From the NCBI RefSeq assembly GCF_046119375.1, contig NW_027362773.1:125178001-125242000 (forward strand): DNA of 64,000 bases, read 5' to 3'. The stretch is from Phyllobates terribilis (taxonomy: Eukaryota). Shown here in pieces: positions 63,969 to 64,000 of the stretch. The notes under the pieces are model-generated. The model had not been told where the DNA came from, did no database searches, and saw only the letters and a program-made list of their open reading frames with translations. A program made the position numbers and the translations under genes. The stretch's first letter is position 1. Every line of letters starts with the position of its first letter.

Positions 63969-64000
63969 ATGTCTGTGGAAAAGCGGCTGAAGAAGCTGGA
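63969..64000 (+). CDS. CDC42BPG: Start of a MRCK/DMPK-family kinase (MSVEKRLKKLE...), probably CDC42BPG
   Basis: Only 10 codons visible; matches the MRCK N-terminal pattern MS..RLK.LE; good Kozak aacATGT; human CDC42BPG is in the same 11q13.1 block as CDCA5/ZFPL1. Paralogue identity is inferred. Confidence 0.55.
   Translation, partial: MSVEKRLKKL

Overview
Eukaryotic (vertebrate, most likely anuran frog - inferred from gene and repeat content) genomic DNA. Host genes: CDCA5/sororin on the minus strand (6 coding exons, 16245 to 1549; last exon lies left of the window), ZFPL1 on the plus strand (7 coding exons, 19071-24096, 320 aa), sharing a head-to-head CpG promoter with ETS-CRE, YY1 and CDE-CHR motifs, and the first codons of a MRCK/DMPK-family kinase (probably CDC42BPG) at the right edge. 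The rest is transposon-dense. 38317-60627 is a 22 kb nest whose layers are each bounded by target-site duplications: hAT-type element > non-autonomous tRNA-Ser-primed LTR element > Tc1 > chromodomain Ty3/Gypsy > solo LTR, plus a second, decayed Gypsy copy. The Gypsy copies show Tf1-type self-priming complementarity and a PEG10-like GGGAAAC -1 frameshift site with a covarying stem. The most unusual item is a TSD-flanked, apparently non-coding Penelope-like element in CDCA5 intron 3 (4131-9059) that carries a minimal hammerhead ribozyme, a CpG promoter and about six short GT-AG introns; a second element of the same architecture is at 26343-27337. CDCA5 intron 1 is almost entirely a 35/30-bp G-rich, CpG-rich minisatellite. 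All calls are by eye; no database searches were run.
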